Shown: piece by piece, positions 36,792 through 45,901 of the stretch | Layout of the letters: every line of letters begins with the position of its first letter | How positions within the stretch are numbered: position 1 is the stretch's first letter | IMG/VR virus record: IMGVR_UViG_3300009506_000024 | Coordinates: 1 to 63,899 of that record | Length of the DNA stretch: 63,899 bases | Direction: 5' to 3' (one strand) | Source of the DNA: a virus | Taxonomy: Duplodnaviria > Caudoviricetes | Translations under genes and position numbers: made by a program | The notes under the pieces: model-generated | Databases searched by the model: none | Told to the model about the DNA's origin: nothing | The model's input: the letters and a program-made list of their open reading frames with translations, nothing else

Positions 36792-37199
36792 ACGAAAACG
36801 GGTGGGGTTGAGAAAACAGCCCTGGTCGGTGCCCTAACACACCCGCTGGCAATCGGGACCGGTCTCGGCGCCCTCGGTGGTGCCGGCATCGGGTACCTCG
36901 CCTCAGATGAGGATGACCCGACCAACATCCGCCTGCGCAAGACTTTGGTGGGTGCTGGTACGGGCGCGGGCATCGGAGCGCTTGCTGGCGGTCTGTCTGC
37001 GTCTGGTGGGATCCCTATGGAGCAGGTGAAGAACATCACGTTGTCCAGTCACGCTCAGGGCTTCGGGGATGCTCTTCGCAAAGCAAGTGGCAACCCTGAC
37101 CTGGCCAAGGAGATCCTGAGCAAGATGGAGCCCAAGATGAGGGACCAAGTCATCAAGAGCTTCAACAAGGGCTGGCTGGCGAGGTGGTTTGGAGGATGA
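36792..37199 (+). CDS. Glycine-zipper protein, apparent ACG start
   Basis: The frame of track ORF 36945..37199 looks coding from 36792 (xKTGGVEKTALVGALTHPLAIGTGLGALGGAGIG...). An AGGGG RBS lies 5 nt before the ACG. Confidence 0.55.
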   Translation, partial: TKTGGVEKTALVGALTHPLAIGTGLGALGGAGIGYLASDEDDPTNIRLRKTLVGAGTGAGIGALAGGLSASGGIPMEQVKNITLSSHAQGFGDALRKASGNPDLAKEILSKMEPKMRDQVIKSFNKGWLARWFGG

Positions 37200-38080
37200 T
37201 CAGCATCACCCAAATACACGTGAGGAGCTACGACCTCGATCATCTCGACATCTTCTGGGAGATCCCGGAGATTTCTGAGCAGCTCGAGGACTATGACTTC
37301 TTCGTGTTGAGGAGCACGGACGGCGCTGCCGGTCCGTTTGAGGTGCTTGCTGGTCCGTTCTACAACACGTTCCATTTCCGAGACATTGACGTCCACATGC
37401 TGAACAAGTGGCGTCAGTACTACTACAAGATCCGAGTCGTCCATCGCTCTTCTCAGAAGGCGAAAGAGTTTGGCCCTCAATGGCTCCGCGCGCAGCCGGA
37501 TCTGTTGGGGCTCGAGTTCCAGCGTCGTGAACAGCTTCTCTTCCAGGAGTTCAATGGCCGGATAGCGTTTCTCTTTCCTGCCCTCACTTTTGGACAGAGG
37601 TGCGGACACTGTTGGGACCTCGGCCCCAAGAACAACACCATCGGAAGGTCGAAGCATCAGAACTGCTCGACCTGTTTCGACACGACTTTCGTCGGGGGCT
37701 TTGCGTCTCCGATTCTCTTCTACGTGCAGATAGACCCATCCCCCAAGTCGGTGCAGATCACTGAGATGGGGGAGGATCAATTCGTTCACTCCACCGGGCG
37801 CACCACAGCCTTCCCGCCAATCAAGGCGAAGGATATTATTGTGGAAGCGGAGAACAAGAGGTGGCTCGTGAACAGCGTCAGCGGCACGGAAAAGTTGAGA
37901 GGGTCTGTTCGTCAAGAGATGCGGCTGTTCGAGCTACCCAGGGACGACATCAAGTACAAGGTGCCTGTGGACTTTGATCTGCTACGACAGCATTCACCAA
38001 GCCGTGCGTTCACGCGGCCCATGTGTTTGCAGGCTGAGCAGTTGGAGCCCGTAGCTGACGCCTGGGAGACCGAAGGATGA
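37196..38080 (+). CDS. Probable neck/head-closure protein with Zn site
   Basis: GGAGG-coupled ATG at 37196; FN3-like N-terminus, CGHC..CSTC, KDIIVE..NKRW.V; upstream of the tail genes. Confidence 0.55.
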   Translation: MISITQIHVRSYDLDHLDIFWEIPEISEQLEDYDFFVLRSTDGAAGPFEVLAGPFYNTFHFRDIDVHMLNKWRQYYYKIRVVHRSSQKAKEFGPQWLRAQPDLLGLEFQRREQLLFQEFNGRIAFLFPALTFGQRCGHCWDLGPKNNTIGRSKHQNCSTCFDTTFVGGFASPILFYVQIDPSPKSVQITEMGEDQFVHSTGRTTAFPPIKAKDIIVEAENKRWLVNSVSGTEKLRGSVRQEMRLFELPRDDIKYKVPVDFDLLRQHSPSRAFTRPMCLQAEQLEPVADAWETEG

Positions 38081-38409
38081 TTCCGAGCATGAGAGCTTTC
38101 AGTGATGAGCTCATGCTCATCAAGCAGGCCGAGGAGGAGAAGCACAAGTCCGAGCTTCCCGGCATGCTCAAGAATAGGTTCCTCAAGTCAGCACCGTTGT
38201 TCGCCCTGGGTGGCGGGCTTGGAGCTGGAGCTGGGTATCTACTGGGAGAGAAGACTCGCCCGTGGCTACTCAAGAACATGACCCCCGGCGGTCGCAGTGC
38301 AGCTCTGGCTGCTACGACAGGTCTGGGGGCAATAGGGGCAATCGCTCTTTGGGAGGCGATGAGAACCGCGGAGAAGGCTGACAGGGATGCCACCAAGCGA
38401 AACAGTTAG
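38077..38409 (+). CDS. Small two-helix glycine-zipper membrane protein with AFSDEL..IKQA tag
   Basis: MRAFSDELMLIKQAE; LFALGGGLGAGAGYLLG; ALAATTGLGAIGAIALW. Confidence 0.7.
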   Translation: MIPSMRAFSDELMLIKQAEEEKHKSELPGMLKNRFLKSAPLFALGGGLGAGAGYLLGEKTRPWLLKNMTPGGRSAALAATTGLGAIGAIALWEAMRTAEKADRDATKRNS

Positions 38410-39169
38410 AGGATTCGAGCACGGCCATGCGTTGGCCTTGGCTGAAGACCCCATGCTTCAGCTCACGCGAATCTTCGTCTACTTCCTTCAGAACCTCTTC
38501 AGAGAGGCTCCAGAGGGAATGGGTATGCGCTGGCGTCCGAATGAGGAGACCACCGAGCTCATCATCAGTGACCAGAAACCGCGTCTCGACGCCTGTGAGA
38601 AGAAACCACATATAACATGTGTATTCGGAGCAGGTCAGTGGGCAGGTCTTGGGCTAGACCAGTTCCAAAAAGGTAAGCCCATGTCGAACGGGGAACGTAC
38701 GCACACGGACCTCGTGTCTTCGACGGTCGCCTACCACTGCCAGGCTCGTGAGGGGCTCCATGCCCGTAGACTGGCTTGGAACGCCTCGTACTTCACGAAT
38801 GTGTTCCGTCGAATCATCATGAAAGGCGGAGGTCTCCACCATGTCGGAGTGAGACATCAGATAGGACCAGAAACGGGACCGACGGCGTTCACCGGACCGC
38901 TCGCAGAAGAAAAGATCGTTTCGGTGGTCGCAACTATACCGTTCTATTGGCAACCCCAGTGGCTTATAAGGGATCCATCAACTGTTTGGAGGTCGATGGT
39001 GATGAACTTCAGCGTAGGTAAGCCGGCACGTCGCTTCAGCGCAGGAGAAGCTGCGCAGTTGAAGCGCGCGTCGATTTACGGACGCCCAGTTCAGCCGGTC
39101 CCAACCAGGCCCGAAGAACCGAGCTTGCATCAGACGATGCGACTCGACAAGTATGCAGGAGAGGAGTAG
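38387..39169 (+). CDS. Probable tail completion/terminator protein
   Basis: 260 aa, immediately upstream of the sheath gene; call is positional inference. Confidence 0.45.
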   Translation: MPPSETVRGFEHGHALALAEDPMLQLTRIFVYFLQNLFREAPEGMGMRWRPNEETTELIISDQKPRLDACEKKPHITCVFGAGQWAGLGLDQFQKGKPMSNGERTHTDLVSSTVAYHCQAREGLHARRLAWNASYFTNVFRRIIMKGGGLHHVGVRHQIGPETGPTAFTGPLAEEKIVSVVATIPFYWQPQWLIRDPSTVWRSMVMNFSVGKPARRFSAGEAAQLKRASIYGRPVQPVPTRPEEPSLHQTMRLDKYAGEE

Positions 39170-39172
39170 GTC

Positions 39173-42100
39173 ATGGCCGCAGAGCTTCCTCGCCCCGGAG
39201 TAGAGGTAGTCCAAGAGTTTGTGTCGGCGGCGCCGACCATCGTCACTCCGACGTTGGTACCGTGCAACGTCGCACCCTTTTTCGAGGTCATCGAGGCGCT
39301 CGCGTCCGACGGCACTCTGAATGACGATGCCAAGCTGCCTGGCTTGTACGAGCAGCTCGAGCAGACTGTCCTTCAGTCGTCGTTCCCGTCGCCGCGTGGC
39401 AACATCGATGAGGTCAACGTCCTCGAGGAGACCATCAGGTGCTTCTTCGAGTTCGGTGGCGCTCTCCAGGAGCTCTCGCAAGAGTCTGCCTTCCTGGTGG
39501 CGTTCAACGACCCGGAAGTTGCCACCCGACCCTGGGTGGAGGGTACCGGCTCCTACGCTGCGTCCTTGCCCAACGGTGGGTACGACGTGGACGGTCGGAC
39601 TCTCATCCTGCACCTCAACAGCCACACGGCACTGCCTCCGACAGCCGGGACTCTCCCGACGTCGGAGAACATCGTCGTCACGTTCTCGGCTGCCACCCCT
39701 GGTGGGAGGTTGTCGTTGGACGAGGTCATCGACCAAGTCAACGCTTTGGTCCCGAACCTGGCGTCCAAGGGTACTGGCGATGACGTCTTGAAGCTCACCT
39801 CGACGAAGTACGGGGCTGGCGCGTCGGTTGTGGTCCGGTCCACCGGGTCCGCCAACACTGGCACCGACCGTCTGGGCTTCGATGCGAGCTCTGACTCCAT
39901 CGCAGTCGGCTCTGGCTTCTATGCCAGTGACGACTATGACGGTGACCAACAGAGTCCGCGGCTCAAGGTCTACGAGGGCCAGCAGCAAGGCACCCTCGCA
40001 GCTCCGGGCTCCCAGCAGATCGTACCCCCGAACTTCCTCGACAGCAGCATCGAGGTTGGTGACGACGTCACCGCTGACGGAGTCAGCATCGGGGAGATCT
40101 CTATCGTGGAGAGCGACCAGCTCACCATGGAGATCGAGCAGAGCATTATCAGCCATGACAACCCGTTCGCCCCTCGACGTGTTCGGGTCCAAGCCAACGA
40201 TCTCGTCTACCCCGCGCCGGCGGCGAGTGGCGCTGCCTACATTCTGGGCACCACGCAGACAGCGAGAGCCACCCCGGCATTCGTCGTCTGCCAGAACCCG
40301 TTTGTCGGTACCGCCCTCCCCAGCGAGAGCATCGATGTCGATGTGACCGTGGCCGGAGTGGCACAAGCCACGGAGACTGTGAGCTCCGGGGCAGGTGACT
40401 GGACGACTCTGGCTGCCGCTGTGACCAGCATCAACGGGCAGGCGACTCTCTTCGAGGCGTACGAGTCCAACGATGTCGGTGACGAGGTGGCCACTGGTCT
40501 GGGTACCCATCTCGCGTTCCGCACCAAAGCCAACAACACTGGCAGCGGTGCAGCGGTCACCGTCTCTGACACTACGGTTCCTCAAGACGGTGCCAACGCC
40601 TGGGACTACTTGGGCATGGACTACCCGTTCTCAGCCTTTGGCGACATCGGGGAGAACATTCGGTTCCTCAGCGGTTCCTTGCCCCAGGTGACGGACGCCC
40701 AGTCCTGGGCCCTCGGTGGAGCCCGCGTGGCGACCGAGACCATCACCTACACACCCACCGTCAAGGGGGTGGTGAAGGCGGCAGAGAGCATCACCTGGTC
40801 AGCTTCGCACGCCGGCGACTCTGCAGGTCTCACTGCAGCCGTAGCCGACTGGAACAGCCAGGCGATCTACACGGAGGCGTACGAGTCCGACAGCGCAGGT
40901 ATCGAGGCTCAGTCTGGTTCCGGCACTCACTTCTCCATCCGAGCTCGAGGTGAGAACTTCGGCTCCACGGCGGAGATCGATGTGACCGCCACGGACAGTA
41001 TCCCGACCATCGCCATCGGCACCTACGCTGGCGTGGATACCGTGGACATCGACGGACAGAACTTCCAGTGGTCGTTGGATGGCAACCCCCACGTCTTCGA
41101 TGTGGTCTTCGTGGCCGATGAAGACGACGGTGGGACGTCACTCCAGTCGGTGCTGGACAAGATCAATGCGGAGACGCCGAACGTGGCTGTGGCCTCGAGC
41201 GACTCGCCCCCGCTCCTGAAGATTGCCAGCCAGAAGGTTGGCGAGGCGTCTCGGGTGATCATCGGTTCCGGTACCGCCAACACGGGTCTCGGGTTCACGG
41301 ATGACGACGACTCCGAAGCCACCAGCAATGGCGAGGCCGGTACGGGCCGTCCTGCTCCGGACCTCGGCATCGGCCTCTACGGCGAGGCGGTGATCCAAAG
41401 CCAGATCCTTCGGGACGGGCTGACGGGTGTTCCGTTTGACCCAGGCTTCGCCCCCATCCTCATCACCTACAAGGGTCTGAGAATCGATCTCAGCCCGGAT
41501 GCGGACAACCCGGCCTTGCTGACCATCGACGACATCTCCACTTTGGAAGAGGCCGCCGACCCGATCAGCACGGACAACCCGGGCTCCCTGATGACCTACC
41601 TCTCCCTCCTGAACGCTCCGGCCGTTACGGTCGCAGCCATCGGTGTGCCGGAGGTGTCTGCGGACGCCCCCGATGGTACTCCGCTCGGCTACGCCAAGTG
41701 CGCCGAGTTCCTAGAGAACGAAGAGGTCTACGCCATTGCCACGGCGTCGCAGCTCAGCACGGTCCACCAGACCTTCCTGACGCACGTCAACGTGATGTCG
41801 GAGCCCGAGCAGAAGGGCGAGCGTATCTACTTCTTCAACCCACCGATCCCAGATCGCGCGTTGCCGACGATCCTCGGTTCCGGTACCGACCTCAACACCA
41901 CGCCGACTGCCAACGAGTGCACGGTGGAGGTCAACCTGGCTCCGGCGCTCATCGCAGCGGGCATCGATCCCAACTCGGACATCAACCCGGTGACCGGGGA
42001 GATCGAGAACGAGGTCTACCTCGACATCGGTGGAGACGACAAAGCGTACCTGGTCCAAAAGGTGGACAACGGAACGATCATCACGCTGCGGACCGACTTC

Positions 42101-42868
42101 GGTACCGGAGACGGGAACGACGACTCGTTCTACAGCGTGGATGACTTCCCGACTACGGTCATCAGCGATGACTGGTCGGTGTCCATCCGCGGTGTCCAGC
42201 TCCTGGTGTCGGGGACAACCAAGCCAGACCGGAACAGGATCTCCGAGACCATCGCTTCGGCGGCCTCGGCGTACGGTTTCCGGCGCGGTTTCTACGTCCA
42301 CCCCGACCAGTGTGGGATCAACATCACCGGGCTCGAGCAGTTGGTGGAAGGCTACTACGCCACCTCTTGCATCGTGGGCATGGTTGGGCAACTGCCTCCA
42401 CAGCAAGGGTTCACCAACTACCCGATGACGGGTCTGACCAGGGTCGTGGGGTCCAACGACAAGTTCACCAATCGTCAGCTCAACGTGATGGCTGCCGGCG
42501 GTGTCTACATCCTGGTGCAGGACGCCCAGGGTGCCCCGGTCATCTGCAGGCATCAGCTCTCGACGGACATGACGTCCATCGAGACCCGCGAGCTGTCGAT
42601 CACGAAGGTGGTGGACTACACCGCGAAGTTCATGCGGGCAGGCCTGCGGAACTTCATCGGTCGGTCCAACATCACTCAGGGGTTCTTGGACAACCTCTCG
42701 ACCATCGTGCAAGGCCAGCTCAACTTCCTCGTCGAGGGCGGAGTGCTGATCGGCGCGGACATCAACAACCTCATCCAGGATGCAGACAATCCGGACACGG
42801 TGCTCATCGACGTGACGCTCGACGTACCGTTCCCGTGCAACTACATCCGGTTGACTCTCATCATCTGA
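39173..42868 (+). CDS. Contractile tail sheath protein with large insertion domains
   Basis: N-terminal RPGVEVVQE; C-terminal sheath motifs (QLST..SIETRELSITKVVD, FIGRSNIT, PFPCNYIRLTL). Confidence 0.85.
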   Translation: MAAELPRPGVEVVQEFVSAAPTIVTPTLVPCNVAPFFEVIEALASDGTLNDDAKLPGLYEQLEQTVLQSSFPSPRGNIDEVNVLEETIRCFFEFGGALQELSQESAFLVAFNDPEVATRPWVEGTGSYAASLPNGGYDVDGRTLILHLNSHTALPPTAGTLPTSENIVVTFSAATPGGRLSLDEVIDQVNALVPNLASKGTGDDVLKLTSTKYGAGASVVVRSTGSANTGTDRLGFDASSDSIAVGSGFYASDDYDGDQQSPRLKVYEGQQQGTLAAPGSQQIVPPNFLDSSIEVGDDVTADGVSIGEISIVESDQLTMEIEQSIISHDNPFAPRRVRVQANDLVYPAPAASGAAYILGTTQTARATPAFVVCQNPFVGTALPSESIDVDVTVAGVAQATETVSSGAGDWTTLAAAVTSINGQATLFEAYESNDVGDEVATGLGTHLAFRTKANNTGSGAAVTVSDTTVPQDGANAWDYLGMDYPFSAFGDIGENIRFLSGSLPQVTDAQSWALGGARVATETITYTPTVKGVVKAAESITWSASHAGDSAGLTAAVADWNSQAIYTEAYESDSAGIEAQSGSGTHFSIRARGENFGSTAEIDVTATDSIPTIAIGTYAGVDTVDIDGQNFQWSLDGNPHVFDVVFVADEDDGGTSLQSVLDKINAETPNVAVASSDSPPLLKIASQKVGEASRVIIGSGTANTGLGFTDDDDSEATSNGEAGTGRPAPDLGIGLYGEAVIQSQILRDGLTGVPFDPGFAPILITYKGLRIDLSPDADNPALLTIDDISTLEEAADPISTDNPGSLMTYLSLLNAPAVTVAAIGVPEVSADAPDGTPLGYAKCAEFLENEEVYAIATASQLSTVHQTFLTHVNVMSEPEQKGERIYFFNPPIPDRALPTILGSGTDLNTTPTANECTVEVNLAPALIAAGIDPNSDINPVTGEIENEVYLDIGGDDKAYLVQKVDNGTIITLRTDFGTGDGNDDSFYSVDDFPTTVISDDWSVSIRGVQLLVSGTTKPDRNRISETIASAASAYGFRRGFYVHPDQCGINITGLEQLVEGYYATSCIVGMVGQLPPQQGFTNYPMTGLTRVVGSNDKFTNRQLNVMAAGGVYILVQDAQGAPVICRHQLSTDMTSIETRELSITKVVDYTAKFMRAGLRNFIGRSNITQGFLDNLSTIVQGQLNFLVEGGVLIGADINNLIQDADNPDTVLIDVTLDVPFPCNYIRLTLII

Positions 42869-42927
42869 GGACGTAGCGAAAGCGACGACTCTGGTGGTAG
42901 GCTCTTAGAGGAGAAGGAGAACAGGCC

Positions 42928-43656
42928 ATGGCAACATTCAGTGAGTGGAAACCATACGAACGCTTCGTTCAGTCCGGTCTGGTCGATGGCCAGTTCCTGA
43001 ACGCATCGTTCACGATGTTGGCCGCAGGTCCGCCCAGGTTGGCGAACCTCGGTGCTGGTACCGGTTTGGGTGAGTCCCTCACCGGTGGGCAGGCAGACGA
43101 CATCGTCTACCCTATCGGCATCGTCCAGAACTTCAACCTGAGCCACAACCGGCAGTTCAACCGGGTGTGGGAGATTGGGTCTGAGCGGAGCTTCTTCATC
43201 TCCGGCCGCACGGTTGGTCAGATGGGGTTGAGCCGCATCATGTACCATGGCCCGTCTCTCCTTCGGGTTCTCTACGCCTACTACCAGGATCTCTTCCCTC
43301 CCACGGTGATCCCTTCTGTTATCGCAGCGGACAACCCCGGTGCGAAGCACGTGGCGAACCCCCACGACGTGAAGATCGCTCCTGGGTACGAGAACCTCTA
43401 CCTGAACCTGGCCTCTGACCTGTTCAACCAGCCGGTCGGCATGATGGTGTACCTCCGGGACAGCAACGAAGACACGGTGGGCTCTGTCTACCTGGAGTCG
43501 TGCTACATCCCGAATCACACCATGGCGACCGACGCACAAGGGACGATCATCCAGGAGAACGCTGCTGTGCAGTTCGAGCGCGCGTTCGCCGTGGCCGTCT
43601 CTGCGTTGCCGCTGGTGTCCCTGGGAGCCCCCGAAGGCACGGCAATCGGTCTGTAG
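42928..43656 (+). CDS. Tail tube protein
   Basis: Follows the sheath; PIGIVQNFNLSHNRQFNRVWEIGS and YLESCYI..H motifs. Confidence 0.75.
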   Translation: MATFSEWKPYERFVQSGLVDGQFLNASFTMLAAGPPRLANLGAGTGLGESLTGGQADDIVYPIGIVQNFNLSHNRQFNRVWEIGSERSFFISGRTVGQMGLSRIMYHGPSLLRVLYAYYQDLFPPTVIPSVIAADNPGAKHVANPHDVKIAPGYENLYLNLASDLFNQPVGMMVYLRDSNEDTVGSVYLESCYIPNHTMATDAQGTIIQENAAVQFERAFAVAVSALPLVSLGAPEGTAIGL

Positions 43657-43665
43657 GCCTGACAG

Positions 43666-43887
43666 ATGATTCTGAGGGCCTCCAGAGCCGCTGGTGAGCT
43701 CTCCAAGAGGGCAGCCAGCGTTCCGGGCATTCCCGGCCTAGCAGGCGAGGGAGGGGCCACTCTGTTGACCTCCAACCCCGCCGGCACCGATGGGAGGCTC
43801 CAGAACCTCGCTGCGCCTCGGGCGAAGCTCAAAAAGCTGCAAGCAGCTCGAGCTCACGCTCCTCGCCTTGGACCACCTTCTCCGTAG
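43666..43887 (+). CDS. Small basic hypothetical protein
   Basis: ATG 9 nt after the tube gene; contains SKRAAS. Confidence 0.45.
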   Translation: MILRASRAAGELSKRAASVPGIPGLAGEGGATLLTSNPAGTDGRLQNLAAPRAKLKKLQAARAHAPRLGPPSP

Positions 43888-43930
43888 CTTGGGGTTGAAT
43901 CTCAGGATTGGTCTCCCGGATTCGGCCCTG

Positions 43931-43967
43931 CCCCAGCCGGGTTGGCCTGCTCGGCTGGGGCGCTTTT
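43931..43967 (+). terminator. Hairpin between convergent units
   Basis: CCCCAGCCGGG...CTCGGCTGGGG followed by CGCTTTT. Confidence 0.45.
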
Positions 43968-43980
43968 CCGGGTCCCGGAA

Positions 43981-44199
43981 TTACCTCTTCATGGGCTGAT
44001 GCCTGGTCTTGACCTGTCGGTACGTGGCCAGGAAGTCTGGGTCTGCGGTCCTCTCGAGCGTCTGCTTGTAGTCTCTGACCACCCCACGAAGAACGTTGGA
44101 GAGGCTGGCTTGCTTCCCGCTCCTCTTTCGGATGATGGACTGCAGGTGTCTGAGGAACTCGAGCTCGGACTCGGAGAACTTGACGAAGGTACGGTACAT
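43981..44199 (-). CDS. Small ribbon-helix-helix-like DNA-binding protein
   Basis: MYRTFVKFSESELEFL...SLSNVLRGVV; AAAGGTGG RBS. Confidence 0.55.
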   Translation of the reverse strand: MYRTFVKFSESELEFLRHLQSIIRKRSGKQASLSNVLRGVVRDYKQTLERTADPDFLATYRQVKTRHQPMKR

Positions 44200-44353
44200 G
44201 AAAGGTTCCACCTTTCTTCGGGATAAGACTTTCGCTTGGTACCCCTTCAATAGCGGTTGAGGATCACCCAAGTCAGTTACATTCTTGCCCCAGTTCTTGA
44301 ATAATGGTGTACCACAAGTTGACCTTCAACCGTGAGAGACGTAGGAGGATCAG

Positions 44354-44692
44354 ATGGAAGAAGCAAAGGGTCCGGAAGTTCCAACGGTCGAGCTCACCAG
44401 GAACAACCTGGAGACCCAAGCAGCGATTGAGATGTTGGGGGCCATCGCAGCCGGGGGCCTGAAGGAGTACGGCCAAGCCACCTTCATCATGCGCCCGGAT
44501 GGGGGCGTGGCATTTGCCAACCCCCTGCACGTCCACGTTCACCCAGACGCTGTGCCCGATCTGCCAAAGAAGAGGTTCCGTACGGTGAGACCAATCCTCG
44601 GCACCGGACGTCCGGTGTTCGTGGTGTGGAAGAACTCTGTCCTGTGGGAGATCGAGTTTATCGATGAGCCTAAAAAAGACGCAGGCGGCTAA
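44354..44692 (+). CDS. Hypothetical protein
   Basis: AGGAGG RBS. Confidence 0.65.
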   Translation: MEEAKGPEVPTVELTRNNLETQAAIEMLGAIAAGGLKEYGQATFIMRPDGGVAFANPLHVHVHPDAVPDLPKKRFRTVRPILGTGRPVFVVWKNSVLWEIEFIDEPKKDAGG

Positions 44693-45050
44693 GATCATCG
44701 AAGAGCACTTCCGCTATCTGAGCAGCGCACGGGTGAAAGGGGATGACGTCCCTGTCTCTGCGCGCGAGGCTGGCAGAAGGATGGTGGAGATCTACCGCCT
44801 ACTGACCGGGGAGATGCCGCAGGCCGCAGGCATCGAAGAGGAGTACCACGGGGACGAGCTCCCTGGCGTCGAGTTCCCCTCGCCGCTCGAGCGCGACCCC
44901 AACGAAGTTTTCTACGTCCATCCAGGACAACCAGACATTTTGATTCCGGGAGACCAACATGGCAACGACCAAAAAAGCATCACCGAAGAAAGGCCTCGTG
45001 AAGTTGGAGGACGGCGGACTCGCCGCCTACTTGGACCTCATCGAGATTGA
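44664..45050 (+). CDS. Hypothetical protein
   Basis: Fills the gap between neighbouring ORFs. Confidence 0.5.
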   Translation: MSLKKTQAAKIIEEHFRYLSSARVKGDDVPVSAREAGRRMVEIYRLLTGEMPQAAGIEEEYHGDELPGVEFPSPLERDPNEVFYVHPGQPDILIPGDQHGNDQKSITEERPREVGGRRTRRLLGPHRD

Positions 45051-45900
45051 GGAGGGCTTCAACCCTCGCACGAAGAAGAACATGGTTCCTGACGAGGAGC
45101 TCTTGGATTCTGTTCGGGCGCGAGGTGTGGAGAACCCCATCCACGTCCGACGCAAAGAGGGCAGCAACAAGCTCTTCATCGTCGACGGTCATCGCCGCGC
45201 GCTCGCGGCTTCCTTAGCCTACGAGAAGGGCTCGAGCGGGCCCATTCGAGTCGTGGACCACGGCTACATCAGTGACCGGGAGGCAAAGCTCCTCGCCTTG
45301 ACGGCCACCAGCTATGGCAAACCGTTGACGAAGCGAGAGCTCATCGGGGTGATCGAGTGGCTGTCGAAGGACGGGATGTCCCCCGTCGAGATTGGCAAGG
45401 CACTCGGCCGAAACAAGACCGTCATCTACGAGTACCTGGCAGTCGCCACGAAGGCGTCGCCCAAGCTCAAGACGGCGGCGAAAAAGAGCGTCAAGGAGGG
45501 AGGTGTCTCCCCACGAGCTGCAGCGCAGGCTTCCCAACTTCCGAAGAAGGAGCAGGACAAGCTGGCCAAGAAGATGGGTGGGAAGTCCGAGAAGGAACAG
45601 ATGGAGGACGTGCGAGAAGCGAAAGAGCGCGTGCGCCCCAAGAAGGCTCCTTCCATCAAAACGGGTCCGTCTGCCGGCGCAAAGCCAGACGTTCGGGGCC
45701 GTCTCCCTGGCGACAAGGAAGAGGTCAAGTACAAAGTTGCCTCGGACTACAAAGAGAGGTGTCAACTTCTCGAACAAGAGGTTACAAAGCGACTGAGGAG
45801 AGCACCTAGCAACAAAGAGCTGCTGGGCATGTCCAAAGTCATTGCCTGCATCAAAGGCAGGATGAAGGTCGAGGACGTGTTCCGGTGGGACGGAGTGTAA
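44959..45900 (+). CDS. ParB/Srx-like N-terminal domain protein with HTH
   Basis: FNPR, LLDSVRARGVENPI, IVDGHRR motifs, then GMSPVEIGKALGRNKTVI (HTH). Confidence 0.85.
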   Translation: MATTKKASPKKGLVKLEDGGLAAYLDLIEIEEGFNPRTKKNMVPDEELLDSVRARGVENPIHVRRKEGSNKLFIVDGHRRALAASLAYEKGSSGPIRVVDHGYISDREAKLLALTATSYGKPLTKRELIGVIEWLSKDGMSPVEIGKALGRNKTVIYEYLAVATKASPKLKTAAKKSVKEGGVSPRAAAQASQLPKKEQDKLAKKMGGKSEKEQMEDVREAKERVRPKKAPSIKTGPSAGAKPDVRGRLPGDKEEVKYKVASDYKERCQLLEQEVTKRLRRAPSNKELLGMSKVIACIKGRMKVEDVFRWDGV

Positions 45901-45901
45901 C

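Noticed and set aside
39173-43656. Extracellular contractile injection system or tailocin
   Set aside because: Capsid, protease and terminase genes are present, so this is a complete phage.
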